A stretch of 64,000 nucleotides of DNA from an uncultured Candidatus Entotheonella sp. (GTDB lineage: Bacteria > Tectomicrobia > Entotheonellia > Entotheonellales > Entotheonellaceae), in assembly GCA_965217185.1 (NCBI GenBank), contig OZ244252.1:1152001-1216000 (forward strand). The letters are read 5' to 3'. Positions 29,586 through 40,274 of the stretch are shown here, piece by piece. Position 1 is the stretch's first letter; each line of letters begins with the position of its first letter. The notes beneath the pieces are model-generated. The model worked only from the letters and a program-made list of their open reading frames with translations. It was not told the DNA's origin and did no database searches. A program made the position numbers and the translations under genes.

Positions 29586-30665
29586 ATGAAATTTGGGCTA
29601 ATGTATGAGATCCAGATTCCAGAACCCCATTATCCGGGCATCGAACGGGACGTGTATAAACAAGTCCTTGAGCAGGTGACGCTTGCTGACGAGGTGGGGT
29701 TCGACCATTTCTGGACGGTAGAGCATCATTTTCTGAAGGAGTTCTCGCACTGCTCGGCGCCGGAAGTGCTGTACGGCGCGATTTCCCAGCGCACCTCGAA
29801 CATTCGCATTGGCCACGCCGTGGCCCTGCTGCCGCCGCAGTACAACCATCCGGTGCGGGTTGCCGAGCGCGCCGCGGTGCTGGACATCCTCAGCGACGGG
29901 CGCTGCGATCTCGGTACCGGGCGCTCCACGACGCTGATCGAGATGGACGGTTTCCAGATCAGCCCCGAGGACACGCGGGCGATGTGGGAAGAGGCCGTCA
30001 GCATCATCCCGCGCATGTGGACGGAAGACCCCTTCGAGCACGATGGCCATTACTTCAAGATTCCGCCGCGTTCGGTCATTCCCAAGCCGGTGCAGGATCC
30101 GCACCCGCCGCTGTGGGTCGCCTGCGGCCAGCCGGAAAGCTTCTACGCGGCGGGCGAGAAGGGCTTGGGCGCCCTGTGCTTCAATATCGGCGTGCCCGAG
30201 GAGCTTCGCAACCGTATCGACAATTACCGCAAGGGCATTGCGAACGCCAAACCGGTGGGGAAGTTCGTCAACAACCAAGTGGCGGCGCTGTGCATCCTGC
30301 ATTGTGCCGAGACCGACGAGGAAGCCATCGATAACGCCGGCATGCACGGATTGTGGTTCATGGACAAAACGGTGGACCTGTACCAGCCGTGGCGCCAGAA
30401 GGGCAACGAGGTGCCGGATTCATACAAGTTTGCGGTGGATGCGGTGCAGAAGGAACGCGCCGGGCGCACGATTCAGGATTACGTCGACGGGGGGACGTTC
30501 TGCATCGGCAACCCTGACACGTGCATCGAGACGATCAAGAAGTACGAGGAGCAAGGCGTCGACCAGGTCTTGTGCTTCATGCAATACGGCAAGCTGCCGC
30601 ACGACAAGATCATGAGTGCCCTGCGGCTGATGGGCAAGCACGTGATGCCGTATTTCCGGCAATAA
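29586..30665 (+). CDS. LLM-class flavin-dependent oxidoreductase
   Basis: WTVEHHF, HPVRVAERAAVLDILSDGR, PKPVQDPHPPLW. Confidence 0.9.
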   Translation: MKFGLMYEIQIPEPHYPGIERDVYKQVLEQVTLADEVGFDHFWTVEHHFLKEFSHCSAPEVLYGAISQRTSNIRIGHAVALLPPQYNHPVRVAERAAVLDILSDGRCDLGTGRSTTLIEMDGFQISPEDTRAMWEEAVSIIPRMWTEDPFEHDGHYFKIPPRSVIPKPVQDPHPPLWVACGQPESFYAAGEKGLGALCFNIGVPEELRNRIDNYRKGIANAKPVGKFVNNQVAALCILHCAETDEEAIDNAGMHGLWFMDKTVDLYQPWRQKGNEVPDSYKFAVDAVQKERAGRTIQDYVDGGTFCIGNPDTCIETIKKYEEQGVDQVLCFMQYGKLPHDKIMSALRLMGKHVMPYFRQ

Positions 30666-30716
30666 TGTTTGGTTTCAGAGTTGTAAGAGTCAAAGCGTTC
30701 AGGTAGGAAATGAGAG

Positions 30717-30745
30717 AGGCGCCTCGCACCCGCGAGGCGCCTTTT
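30717..30745. terminator. Hairpin terminator between convergent LLM genes
   Basis: AGGCGCCTCGC-ACCC-GCGAGGCGCCT then TTT. Confidence 0.7.
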
Positions 30746-30750
30746 GAGGA

Positions 30751-31605
30751 TCAGGCCAGAATGAGTCGGGCGATCTCGTCCATTTCAGCGAGGGCGCCCT
30801 CGCTTTCCGTTTGCTCCAGCCAGATGGTGACGCGATTTGCGCCCGCGTCGATCAATTCCGCCACCGCCTCGCGGCTCCTGAAATGGCCGGCGTGTCCGAA
30901 AGCCATGATCTGCACGGTATTCGGGTCGCGGCCGGCGGCTTCGGCGAGTTCGCTGAGGGTGTTGCGGCCGCGCCGGATCTCGTCGGCCGAGACGCGGTTC
31001 GGCATCCAGCCGTCGCCCCATTCGACCACGCGCTTGAAGACGTTCTGCGCCTTGCCGCCCAGGAAGACCGGCGGGTGCGGTTTTTGAGCGGGTTTCGGCA
31101 TCGAAAGCACCGGCGGGAAATCGTAGTAAGCGCCGTGGTATTCTGCCTCATCCTGGGTCCACAACGCCTTCATGGCCAGGATGGCGTCGCGCGTCTGGGT
31201 CCAGCGATGCGCGAAATCACCACCCATCATCTCGCTCTCTTCCTTGTGCCACCCCGCCCCGATGCCGAACAGGAAACGCCCGCCGGACGCCTGATCCAGC
31301 GAGGCGATGACCTTCGCAAGATGCAGGGGGTTGTGCTCCGGGACCAGGCAAATGCCAGTACCCAGCTTGATCGTCTGGGTGACGGCGGAGGCGCGTGCCA
31401 GGGCAATAAACGGATCGACGATGCGGCCGTAGGTGTCGGGAACCGCGCCGTCAGGCGAACCCGGAAAACGCGACGTGGTGTGGACGGGCAGGATGACGTG
31501 CTCGGGCACCCAATAGGACTCGAAGCCCAGGTCTTCGGCATGCTTGGCGAGCACCGCCGAATCCACCGACGTGTTGGTTTGGAAAACGAAAATGCCGACA
31601 TTCAT
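30751..31605 (-). CDS. LLM-class F420-dependent oxidoreductase (Rv2161c-like)
   Basis: WVPEHV, DPFIAL, SLDQASGGRFLFGIGAGW, PKPAQKPHPP. Confidence 0.9.
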   Translation of the reverse strand: MNVGIFVFQTNTSVDSAVLAKHAEDLGFESYWVPEHVILPVHTTSRFPGSPDGAVPDTYGRIVDPFIALARASAVTQTIKLGTGICLVPEHNPLHLAKVIASLDQASGGRFLFGIGAGWHKEESEMMGGDFAHRWTQTRDAILAMKALWTQDEAEYHGAYYDFPPVLSMPKPAQKPHPPVFLGGKAQNVFKRVVEWGDGWMPNRVSADEIRRGRNTLSELAEAAGRDPNTVQIMAFGHAGHFRSREAVAELIDAGANRVTIWLEQTESEGALAEMDEIARLILA

Positions 31606-31631
31606 GATTATTGGCTCCCTTGGATGTTCGT

Positions 31632-32732
31632 TTAGGCAGTGAAGTCTTCCGCCCCCACTTCCAGCCGTACGGTTTGCCGCACCGACGGCGGCAATGATTC
31701 GATGCAACTGGCGAGGCAGGTATCAATATCCGGGGCAAAAGCGTCGTGGGTGGTCATGAAGGCGTCCAGGTCGCCGGCGCCTCTGGCAATCATCTCCCGG
31801 GCGATGGCGTGGGTGGCCAGGGAATGTTCCGGGTAGCGGTCCAGGATGTAGGAAAACGTCAGGGTGATGTTGATCATCGGCTGAATGGATAACCGGGGCA
31901 GGCCCTTCTCCTGCGCCAGCTTGGCGGCGTAAATGGCATCCACCACGGCGTGCCGGATGCTGAAGCCGGTGCCCCAGTCGTCGTCCTTGACGCCCTTGCT
32001 CAAGGCCACGTCCCATTGCCGGGTGCCGCCGGCGCCGCCGTTGAGAAAGTCGAAGTAGGCGCCCTGCTGCTCGCCGCCCATGACGCCGTCGGCGAAGCAT
32101 TCCGCATACAGCGCGGCGCCCGTGCAGATGCCGGTACAGCCGTTGAACACCAGATGCTGCCCGATGAGCTTGGTTTCAGCACCGGCCGAGACGGAGGCGC
32201 CGTAATTACGCGGGCGTCCCAGGACTTCGAGGGTCGGTTCCAGGCGGCTGTAAAGGTCTTGGTCGCCGCTGGCCAGGATGAGCATGCCGTTCGGATGTCC
32301 GCCGCCGAGTTGCGCGCCCAGCGGGCCGCCGGTGAGCGGGTAGTTGACGTAGTCGACGCCCAATCCCTTGCAAAACGCCTCGGCTGCAACCGTGAAGCCG
32401 GCGCTGACGGTCGACATGTGCATGATGAAGGGCGGCGCGTCGCACCGTTCGTGCAGCAGCCGGGCCAGGCTGGCGATGACTTGCAGGTCGTCGCCGTTCT
32501 TGCCGCAGCACGCCACGACGCCGTCGATCTGGCCGTCGCCGATCACGTCTTCGAAGGTGCCGACGAGCTCGGCTCCGTGTTGCCGCCAAGCCTCGCGGAA
32601 TACGTCCCTTTGCTGGCCCGGCGTGCCACGATCGTGTACCCGCAGTACGCGGGCCGGCCCCGCCGGTTTGAGATGCGTGCCGGCCGGACCCGCCATCAGC
32701 CCCAGTCCGCCAACGTATGCAAGCCGTAACAT
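31632..32732 (-). CDS. NAD(P)-dependent oxidoreductase, divergent beta-hydroxyacid dehydrogenase-like
   Basis: GGLGLMAG, HMSTVS, PLTGGPLGA, catalytic-like TKL. Confidence 0.65.
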   Translation of the reverse strand: MLRLAYVGGLGLMAGPAGTHLKPAGPARVLRVHDRGTPGQQRDVFREAWRQHGAELVGTFEDVIGDGQIDGVVACCGKNGDDLQVIASLARLLHERCDAPPFIMHMSTVSAGFTVAAEAFCKGLGVDYVNYPLTGGPLGAQLGGGHPNGMLILASGDQDLYSRLEPTLEVLGRPRNYGASVSAGAETKLIGQHLVFNGCTGICTGAALYAECFADGVMGGEQQGAYFDFLNGGAGGTRQWDVALSKGVKDDDWGTGFSIRHAVVDAIYAAKLAQEKGLPRLSIQPMINITLTFSYILDRYPEHSLATHAIAREMIARGAGDLDAFMTTHDAFAPDIDTCLASCIESLPPSVRQTVRLEVGAEDFTA

Positions 32733-32862
32733 GAATTCCCCTCTATGCGTTCGTGTGAAGATATGGGCGGCTGGCGCACCGCGGCCCGCCCGGCATCCGG
32801 TTGACCTATCACGTTTTTCCGATAGTATCGACGGCGAATTCTAACACACCCGGGAGGCGCTC

Positions 32863-33510
32863 ATGTGCCGGTTTCTACTGCTGTCATCCGACGAGCCCTG
32901 CGACGTGCAGCAGGTTCTGGAGCAATTTGCGCGCATGTGCGAACAAAGCACCTGTCTGGACGGTGATTGGCAAGGCGACGGTTGGGGGGTGGCTTGGTGG
33001 CAGGAGGGGGAAGGCTGGTCCCTGCATCGGTCGCTGGCGCCGATCTGGACCGAGGCGGATTACGGGCGCCAATTGCCCGCCACGCACCGCCTCGTGGTGC
33101 ACGCGCGTGCCGCCTCATTCCCGGAACACAAGGGCGATCTGGCGTTTGCGCAGCCCTACGTGCACGGGCCGTACGCCTTCGTGTTCAATGGCCTCATCGC
33201 GGGCGTGCGCCCGCCGCGCGGCATGAAGATTCCCGGTGCTATCGGGGCGGAGAAAATCTGGTATCTGGTGCGGCAAAGGCTGGAGGAAGGCTTGACGCTG
33301 CGGGAGGCTCTGGCGTGGGTGTACGGCTTTCTGGTGCGCCGCAGCCGTAGAATTCAGGCGTGCAACATGGGTCTTAGCGACGGCCGGCAGGAGGCGAGCC
33401 ACAACGGCAATCCCACCGGCCATCCGTATTATCAAATTCATCAGGCGCAGCACAGAAGCGTGCGCCTGATTTGCTCCGAACCCTTTGGGGATTGGCCGTG
33501 GCAGGCTTAA
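32863..33510 (+). CDS. Class II glutamine amidotransferase-like (Ntn) protein
   Basis: N-terminal MCR, DGWG, HARAAS, FNG, SEP. Confidence 0.8.
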   Translation: MCRFLLLSSDEPCDVQQVLEQFARMCEQSTCLDGDWQGDGWGVAWWQEGEGWSLHRSLAPIWTEADYGRQLPATHRLVVHARAASFPEHKGDLAFAQPYVHGPYAFVFNGLIAGVRPPRGMKIPGAIGAEKIWYLVRQRLEEGLTLREALAWVYGFLVRRSRRIQACNMGLSDGRQEASHNGNPTGHPYYQIHQAQHRSVRLICSEPFGDWPWQA

Positions 33511-34855
33511 TACTACAGTTGCAATTCCACGTTACGATTCTGGCGCCGTCGGTAATGACACCATCGCGCTACCCATTGATGCCGACGGCGCCATTTGCTC
33601 CATCCCAACACCTGCTCCACGCCGTGCCACACCCTCAGCACTAAACGCCAAAACAAACGCCGTATCTCCGCCACACTCAACACGACACCAGGCCCCGCGA
33701 CGCTTTGAAGCCCAGCAGACTGCTCACCGACGAGCGTTTTTTTTCCACCACCTCCAAGTGGGCGGCCCGCACGGCACTCAGCAACGCCAACGCCCACATC
33801 GACAAGGTGACGTGACGATACCACCCCGTCCAACTGCGAACCTCATACTCATCTAGTCCCACTTCACCCTTGGCCGCCTCAAAACACATCTCAATACACC
33901 AACGCCGACCCGCCACCGACACCAGCGTCGCCAAGTCCGTGCCGCACGGCGCATACACCGCATAGGCCGTCAACTTCCCGTCCGCTTTCAGGCTGCGACG
34001 CACCAGCAAACAGCGGCGCCAACCCGCCTGCGCCGCCGTCAACCCCACACACTGCCAGTCATAGAACCTCGGCCCCTTGCTCCCCGAACCGGCACTCAGT
34101 CGCTGCCAAGCCCCCTCGTCAAGCCCCGCAAGCACCGACTGCACCGAACACGGACGACCCTCAAACCAGACACGTTCCTTGCCAGACACCGCCAACACAT
34201 ACGCCTTTGCCTGCCCTTCCAACCACAGACGCAAGCGACGCGCGTCGCCGTAAACGCTGTCGCCCACCACCCACGAGGCAGGCACCCCCGAAGCAAAGGC
34301 GCGCTCAAGCATCGTCCGGGCTAACTCAGGTTTGGTGGCAAACTCTGCCTCTGGAGCAATGCCCGCCCGCTGGCAGCGCGCAGCATCCTCCGTCCACGAC
34401 GCGGGCAGGTATAAGGCACGGTCCAGCAAGGTCTGACCCAGGCGACTGGCGTAGCCCACAAACACGCCAATCTGACAGTTTTCGACTTTGCCGGCCGTGC
34501 CGCTGTACTGCCTGGCCACCCCGGCGGAGCGGTCGCCTTTTTTCAAGAATCCCGTCTCATCGACCACCAGCACCGCGTCGGGGTCGCCCAGGTGTGCCAC
34601 GACGTAGGCACACAGGGCGTCTCGCAGGTCGTCGGCCTGCCACGAAGCCCGACGGCCAAAGGAGGGACGCAGGCACTGGTCCACCTCATGGAGATAGGCT
34701 TGCCAGCCCGTGACAGTCGTCATAGCCTGCCCCGTGCTTGACATGGGGTCGGCCTCGGTTGCGAGCGAGTTGAACGGCTAGCTTAACATCATGGCTCTCC
34801 TTCGCTTTGCGTTCAGGGAAAAGACCATGATAACAGCTAAACCGCAACTGTAGTA
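33511..34855 (-). mobile_element. IS701-family element, internally deleted
   Basis: IR TACTACAGTTGC/GCAACTGTAGTA; flanking TTAA duplication (33507-33510, 34856-34859). Confidence 0.85.
33513..34744 (-). pseudogene. IS701 transposase; N-terminal segment missing, C-terminus in a second frame
   Basis: VDETGFLKKG, GVARQYSGTAGKVENCQ, GDSVYG, RW.IE.CF..AKGEVGLD.YEVR; LSVAEIRRL tail lies in ORF 33513-33833 after an A-run. Confidence 0.8.
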
Positions 34856-35470
34856 TTAACCCCAGAGTTCCTCCAGGCGCTGGGCACGGCCGCAGTTCCA
34901 CTTGTAGTACTTGTAGCGCAGCGGGTTGTGCTTGTAGTAGTCCTGGTGGTAATCCTCGGCGGGATAGAACGTCGAAGCCGCGACGATCGGCGTTACGATC
35001 GGCTCCGCGAACGGCTTGGATTCCTGGAGGGTTTTTTTGGAGGCTTCGGCGAGTCGCATCTGCTCGTCGTCGTGCACGAAAATGGCGGTGCGGTACTGAT
35101 CGCCGAAGTCACAGAACTGCCGGTCCATGACGGTGGGATCAACGTTGCGCCAGAAGACGTCGAGTAGTTGCTCATAGGTGATCTGCGCCGGATCGTAAAT
35201 CACCTCGACGGCTTCCGCATGACCGGTTCGGCCGCTGGTGACCTGCTTGTACGTCGGATTATCGGCGTTCCCTCCAGTGTAACCTGAGGTAGCCGATATA
35301 ACGCCCGAAACCTTCTCGAACGCCTCTTCCACGCACCAGAAGCAGCCGCCTGCAAACGTGGCTTTGGCGCGTTCGGTCTCTTCCGCTGTTGCGTGAGTCG
35401 CCATCACGGCCAGCAAGGCGCCAGCCAGCGCAAGAACAGTCATCCAACTGGGTATGCATTTCGTTGTCAT
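34856..35470 (-). CDS. msrA: Peptide methionine sulfoxide reductase A with signal peptide
   Basis: GGCFWC, GHAEAV, FYPAEDYHQDYY. Confidence 0.95.
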   Translation of the reverse strand: MTTKCIPSWMTVLALAGALLAVMATHATAEETERAKATFAGGCFWCVEEAFEKVSGVISATSGYTGGNADNPTYKQVTSGRTGHAEAVEVIYDPAQITYEQLLDVFWRNVDPTVMDRQFCDFGDQYRTAIFVHDDEQMRLAEASKKTLQESKPFAEPIVTPIVAASTFYPAEDYHQDYYKHNPLRYKYYKWNCGRAQRLEELWG

Positions 35471-35578
35471 AATACGATTCCTTTTCAAATTGGTTTAACA
35501 ATCTTTCCCAAACCGATTTAACAATCGGCCTGTATCCGTAAACAGCCATTTCGCCTAAATAAGTCCCACGATGACAAT

Positions 35579-36532
35579 TTACTTCCGTAACATGCCGAAA
35601 CTGAATCCGGTAATCAGATGCTTCTGGATGAGGATGCCAAGCACCACCACGGGCAGGGTGATGACGGTGCCAATAGCGGCCTGCGGGCCGTACAAACGGC
35701 CCTCGACGGCGCTCTGGAACTTGTTCAGCAGCACCGGGAGGGTGGATACCTGTGGCTGCGTGAGGGTCAGCGACAGCAGGAATTCGCTCCAGTTGAGGAT
35801 GAAGATGAAGAGGAACGTCACCATCATGCCCGAGGCCACCAAGGGAAGAACAATGCGCCGTAGGGTGTAGATGCGGCCGGCTCCCATGATGCGGGCGGCG
35901 TGCTCCAGGGTGTAGGGCACCTCGTCGATAAAGCTGAGCATCATCCAGATCACGAACGGCAGGGTTGTCGCCACGTACAGCAGGCCGAGCCCGACGTAGG
36001 TGTCGAACAGGCTGACCCGCACGCCCAGCAGCAGGTCGGTGGTGTAAGGTATCAGCACCGCGTAGTACATCAGGATGGGAATGGCGATGACGATGGGCGG
36101 CACCATGCGGATGGTGAGGACGAGGTAGCGAAAGTTCTTGCCGCCCACGTTGAATCGGGAAATCGAGTAGGCCAGGAAGGTGCCCATGAGCAGCGCCACC
36201 AGCGAGCTGAACGTGGCGATAGCCACCGAGTCGCCGACCGCTTTCCAGATGTTGTAGACCTGTTCGGTGGCCTCGCGGCTAGGGGCGGTGGCCAGGGGGC
36301 CGACGGCCAGAATCTGCTGGTAGTTGTATAGGGTGGGCTGGTGCGGCAGCCAGTGCGGCGGCCAGGCGATCCACTCACCCGAGCCTTTGAACGAGGTCGA
36401 AACCATCCAGAAGATAGGAAACAGGACGATCAGAGACCAGGCGATCAGAACCGCGTGCCGAAAATAGGGAAAGAGCCGGCGGCGCCTCGACTTGCCGGTT
36501 GACGCGTGAGGCCGGTCGGTCGCTGCCATCAT
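35579..36532 (-). CDS. Carbohydrate ABC transporter permease
   Basis: EAA-like LEHAARIMGA loop, FILNWSEF. Confidence 0.9.
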   Translation of the reverse strand: MMAATDRPHASTGKSRRRRLFPYFRHAVLIAWSLIVLFPIFWMVSTSFKGSGEWIAWPPHWLPHQPTLYNYQQILAVGPLATAPSREATEQVYNIWKAVGDSVAIATFSSLVALLMGTFLAYSISRFNVGGKNFRYLVLTIRMVPPIVIAIPILMYYAVLIPYTTDLLLGVRVSLFDTYVGLGLLYVATTLPFVIWMMLSFIDEVPYTLEHAARIMGAGRIYTLRRIVLPLVASGMMVTFLFIFILNWSEFLLSLTLTQPQVSTLPVLLNKFQSAVEGRLYGPQAAIGTVITLPVVVLGILIQKHLITGFSFGMLRK

Positions 36533-37500
36533 CCCCTCCCCTCAGGCTGCTGCAACAGGGCTCGTTCGCGCACCAAAAGGTATATGCCGCCGTATATCAG
36601 ACTGGAGAAGAGCAGCAACAGCAGGACCGAAGCAGCGGCGCCGAAGCCGTACTTGTTGAATTGCCACACTTGGCGCCACAGGAAGAAGGCGATTGTCTGC
36701 GTGCTGTCGCCGGGCCCGCCGAAGGTGAGCAGCACGGCCTGGTCGAACAGCTTCAGGGCCTCCATGGTGCGGATGACGACCGCGATGACGATGGCGGGCT
36801 TCAGCAGCGGCAGTTGGATGCGGCGAAAAATCTGCCAGCGGCTTGCCCCCATGACGCGAGCCGCGTTGATCAACTCCGGTGGCAGGGCGGTAAATCCCGA
36901 CAGGAAGATGAGAAACGTCAACGACGTCCATTGCCAGACGTCGGCCAGGATGATTGCCCATTGCGCGGCGAACGGATGCGACAGCCAGCGGATGCGGGCG
37001 GTGACACCGAAGGGCGTCAGAATCGGCGCGAGAATCTGGTTCAGCGGTCCGGAATCGACGTAGATCATCGAGAAGTTGTAGCCCACCACCACTGGCACGA
37101 CCATCATGGGGATGAGAAAGATGGTGATGTACAGCCGCCGCCCGCGAAACGCCTGGTGCACCAGCATGGCCAGGAAGAACCCCAGAACCAGTTCGAGGGT
37201 CACTGCCGCCCCGGCGAAGTAAAACGTCCTGCCGAGTGACCACCAGAACTCCGGCTCTCCAATGACCCTGGCGTAATTGGCAAAGCCCTGAACGTAAGCC
37301 TGCTCGAAAGGCCGGCTGGCGCGCCATCTGAGCAGGCTTATGTAGATCGTCAGGACGAACGGCAGGGCCAGCAGGAGCAGAAACATGCCCTCCACCATGA
37401 CGAACGGCACGAGCCGGAAGACGCGTTCCTGCGCCAGCCACGCCGCCAACCCGAACGGCCGCCTGGGAGTTGTTTCTGTTTCCGCCCTCACGGATCTCAC
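36529..37500 (-). CDS. Carbohydrate ABC transporter permease
   Basis: DVWQWT, AARVMGAS, GGPG. Confidence 0.9.
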   Translation of the reverse strand: MRSVRAETETTPRRPFGLAAWLAQERVFRLVPFVMVEGMFLLLLALPFVLTIYISLLRWRASRPFEQAYVQGFANYARVIGEPEFWWSLGRTFYFAGAAVTLELVLGFFLAMLVHQAFRGRRLYITIFLIPMMVVPVVVGYNFSMIYVDSGPLNQILAPILTPFGVTARIRWLSHPFAAQWAIILADVWQWTSLTFLIFLSGFTALPPELINAARVMGASRWQIFRRIQLPLLKPAIVIAVVIRTMEALKLFDQAVLLTFGGPGDSTQTIAFFLWRQVWQFNKYGFGAAASVLLLLLFSSLIYGGIYLLVRERALLQQPEGRG

Positions 37501-37506
37501 CGATTT

Positions 37507-38970
37507 CTACTGGAAGGTATCCAGATAGGCGCCGCTGGCGACGCCATTGCGCCAGGATTCGATCTGGTAGTCGCGTCCCACGTCTTCCGTGACCGAATTC
37601 CAGCCTCGCTCAATGCGTGCGGCGGCCTCCTCCGGCGTCAGGTTGCTTTGCATCACCTGCGCCAGATTCTTGTCCAGGACGTTGAAGTACTCGTAATTGC
37701 CCTCGATCATCAGCAGCGAGACGGCGTACTTGGTGTTCGCCATCGTTGTCTCAATGAACTGGCTGCCAAACTTTTCGACAATCGCCGGGTTGTCCAGGTT
37801 CGAGCGCCGCATCGGATCCCAGAAGCCCTGCGGGTCGGCGATTGCGACGTCGCCCTGTTGCGGTCCCGTGAACCATTGCAGGAAATAGTATGCCAACTCC
37901 GGGTGCTTGCCGTGGCGGTTCACCATATAGCCGGTGCCGGCGGCTTGCGGCGAGCGGCGCACCAACTGGTCGTCCCGCATTACTCCGGGGATGAGGCAAC
38001 TGAGCTGTTGGCCGGAGATTTGCGTCTGCGGATTCTTGTTGCCGTATCCCACGATGGAGGGGAAGGACATCACCGAGAAAGCCTGTCCGCTTGCCCAAAA
38101 GGGATAGATCTGCGGCGTCCCCCAGCCCTGGATGTCCGGCGGCATGTATTGCACGATCGAGCTGAAGGCGCGGATCGCCTCAACGCCGTGCGGTGTGTTG
38201 ACCAAGGGATTCATATCCTGGTCGAACAGCAGGCCCCCGAAGTAGGCCGGAAAGTGACGATAGGAAAAGTTGATGGCGCGGTAGCCCATGGCGCCGTACA
38301 GGTCCTGGTCGAACGTTTTGCCCCAGCGGGTGTCGCCCTTTTTGGTGTGGAAAAACGATGCCAATTGCTCCCATTGCGCCATCGTCTCAGGGCAGCCGGG
38401 TTCCCAGCCGTACTGCGCCTGGAATTCTTCTTTGGCGCCCGGCAACTCCAGAATGTCCTTGCGCAGCACCAGGATGATGTGATCGCCGTCGAGCAGAAAA
38501 AAATACTGTTTGCCGTTGTAGCGCTGTTGGGCGCGCAGAGCGGGCTCGATGCCGGAAAAATCGGGGCGCCCGCGCTCGGTGTAGTCATCGAGCGGCATCA
38601 GGACGCCGGCGCCGGCGGCATCGGGCACGACGTAGGGGAAGTGGTTGAAGATGTCGTACTGCCCCGTCTTGGCGATCGCCTCCGCCATAATCTTGGAGGG
38701 AATGTCGGTGTAGCCGTACTCGATGAAATTGACCTTGATGCCGGTCAGTTCCTCCCACTGCCTGGCGTACGCCGGCATGGCGTTGCGAAACAGGGAGATG
38801 AGCAGGATCGTGAGCGACGGGTCTTGCAACTGGTGCTCTTCCAGGTACGCCTTGACGCCGTTGATGGCGCGTTCCTCCACCGTGTCGCCGGGCAGGGTCT
38901 GAGCCTGCGCCAGTGTGCATGCAAGAGCGAGGCAGAGTGCGATTGGAGCCAGCTTCCTGACGTATTTCAA
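37507..38970 (-). CDS. Carbohydrate ABC transporter substrate-binding protein
   Basis: TTG start after GGAGGTG RBS, signal peptide, WEELTGIKV, operon context. Confidence 0.85.
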   Translation of the reverse strand: MKYVRKLAPIALCLALACTLAQAQTLPGDTVEERAINGVKAYLEEHQLQDPSLTILLISLFRNAMPAYARQWEELTGIKVNFIEYGYTDIPSKIMAEAIAKTGQYDIFNHFPYVVPDAAGAGVLMPLDDYTERGRPDFSGIEPALRAQQRYNGKQYFFLLDGDHIILVLRKDILELPGAKEEFQAQYGWEPGCPETMAQWEQLASFFHTKKGDTRWGKTFDQDLYGAMGYRAINFSYRHFPAYFGGLLFDQDMNPLVNTPHGVEAIRAFSSIVQYMPPDIQGWGTPQIYPFWASGQAFSVMSFPSIVGYGNKNPQTQISGQQLSCLIPGVMRDDQLVRRSPQAAGTGYMVNRHGKHPELAYYFLQWFTGPQQGDVAIADPQGFWDPMRRSNLDNPAIVEKFGSQFIETTMANTKYAVSLLMIEGNYEYFNVLDKNLAQVMQSNLTPEEAAARIERGWNSVTEDVGRDYQIESWRNGVASGAYLDTFQ

Positions 38971-39004
38971 AATGTCACCTCCTTTGGGATGCCGCGATTC
39001 GGTT

Positions 39005-40078
39005 TCATTGCAGGCGCGTTCCGTCCTCCGCGTCGAACACGAGCACGCCCTTGGGGTCGAAGTCAAAGGCAATGGCCTCCCCTACCTGGAAGGCGCGGTC
39101 GCCTCGGACCTTGGCTACGAGTTGGGATGGGCCGCCGTAGTCGAAGTGGACCAGCGTCTCGTCACCCAGCGGTTCGGTCAACTGAACGCGCCCGGCAACG
39201 CCTTGAGCGCTCATCAGGACATGTTCGGAGCGGACGCCGATACAGACGTCACGGTCCGTGACAGTGCGGGGTACGGCCTCGGCGGGTAATTCGAGTTCGA
39301 GATGGTTTGCCTGAAAGCGCGGTGGATGGGTGTCGCTGAGGCGGCCCGAGACGAGATTCATGGTCGGCATGCCGAAAAAGCCGGCCACGAAAAGGTTCGC
39401 CGGACGGCGATAGATTTCCAGCGGCGTGCCGATCTGCTGAATGAGGCCCCCCTGCATGACGGCAATGCGGTCGGCCATGGTCATTGCCTCGGCCTGATCG
39501 TGGGTGACGTAGACGAAGGTGGAGCGCAATTGTTCGTGCAGGCGCTTGAGCTCGGTGCGCATCTCAACCCGCAGCTTGGCGTCGAGGCTGGACAGTGGTT
39601 CGTCCAGCAGGAGCACGTCCGGGTTGCTGATGGTGGTGCGGGCCAGGGCGACGCGTTGCGCCTCGCCGCCGGAGCACTGACCCGGTTTCTTGGCAAGCAG
39701 GTGGGCGATCTGAAAGGCTTCAGCGACTCGGCTGACGCGTTCGTTCAGATCAGCCGCGGGGACTTTCCGTACCCGCAGGCCGAAAGCGATGTTCTCGAAC
39801 ACGGTCATGTGGGGGAACAGCGCGAGATTCTGAAACACCATGCCAAGGTGGCGCTCGCCCGGTTCCAGGTCATTGACGACCCGGTCGCCAATGATCACCT
39901 GGCCGCTGGTCGGCTGTTCAAGACCGCAGATCATGTTCAGGGTGGTCGTTTTGCCACAGCCGGAAGGGCCGACGAAAATCATGAACTCGCCGTCCTGGAT
40001 GTCCAGACTCACCCCGGCGACGGCCATGACGCTGGCACCGAATGTCTTCACGAGATTTTCAAGCACGATACGGGCCAC
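39005..40078 (-). CDS. ABC transporter ATP-binding protein (MalK-like)
   Basis: GPSGCGKT, SGGE.QR, LLDEP, VTHDQ.EAM. Confidence 0.93.
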   Translation of the reverse strand: MARIVLENLVKTFGASVMAVAGVSLDIQDGEFMIFVGPSGCGKTTTLNMICGLEQPTSGQVIIGDRVVNDLEPGERHLGMVFQNLALFPHMTVFENIAFGLRVRKVPAADLNERVSRVAEAFQIAHLLAKKPGQCSGGEAQRVALARTTISNPDVLLLDEPLSSLDAKLRVEMRTELKRLHEQLRSTFVYVTHDQAEAMTMADRIAVMQGGLIQQIGTPLEIYRRPANLFVAGFFGMPTMNLVSGRLSDTHPPRFQANHLELELPAEAVPRTVTDRDVCIGVRSEHVLMSAQGVAGRVQLTEPLGDETLVHFDYGGPSQLVAKVRGDRAFQVGEAIAFDFDPKGVLVFDAEDGTRLQ

Positions 40079-40274
40079 CCTGACTCCTCCCAGACGGTTC
40101 TCACAGGTCATCGCGTCTTGTATTATCAATTGTCATCAGGCGGGGTCAATCGGAAAGTGCACGATCCCATACCCGAATCACAACCCGCTTTCCAGCCAGG
40201 GTTGACACAACGATAGGCGGTATGTTGTCGTACCATGACCGGTTTGCCATGACTGCTCAGAGGAGAGATGGGCG

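Noticed and set aside
35515..35545. Possible extra dif-like site upstream of msrA
   Set aside because: Only ATTTAACA matches; the ATAA-N6-TTAT core is absent.
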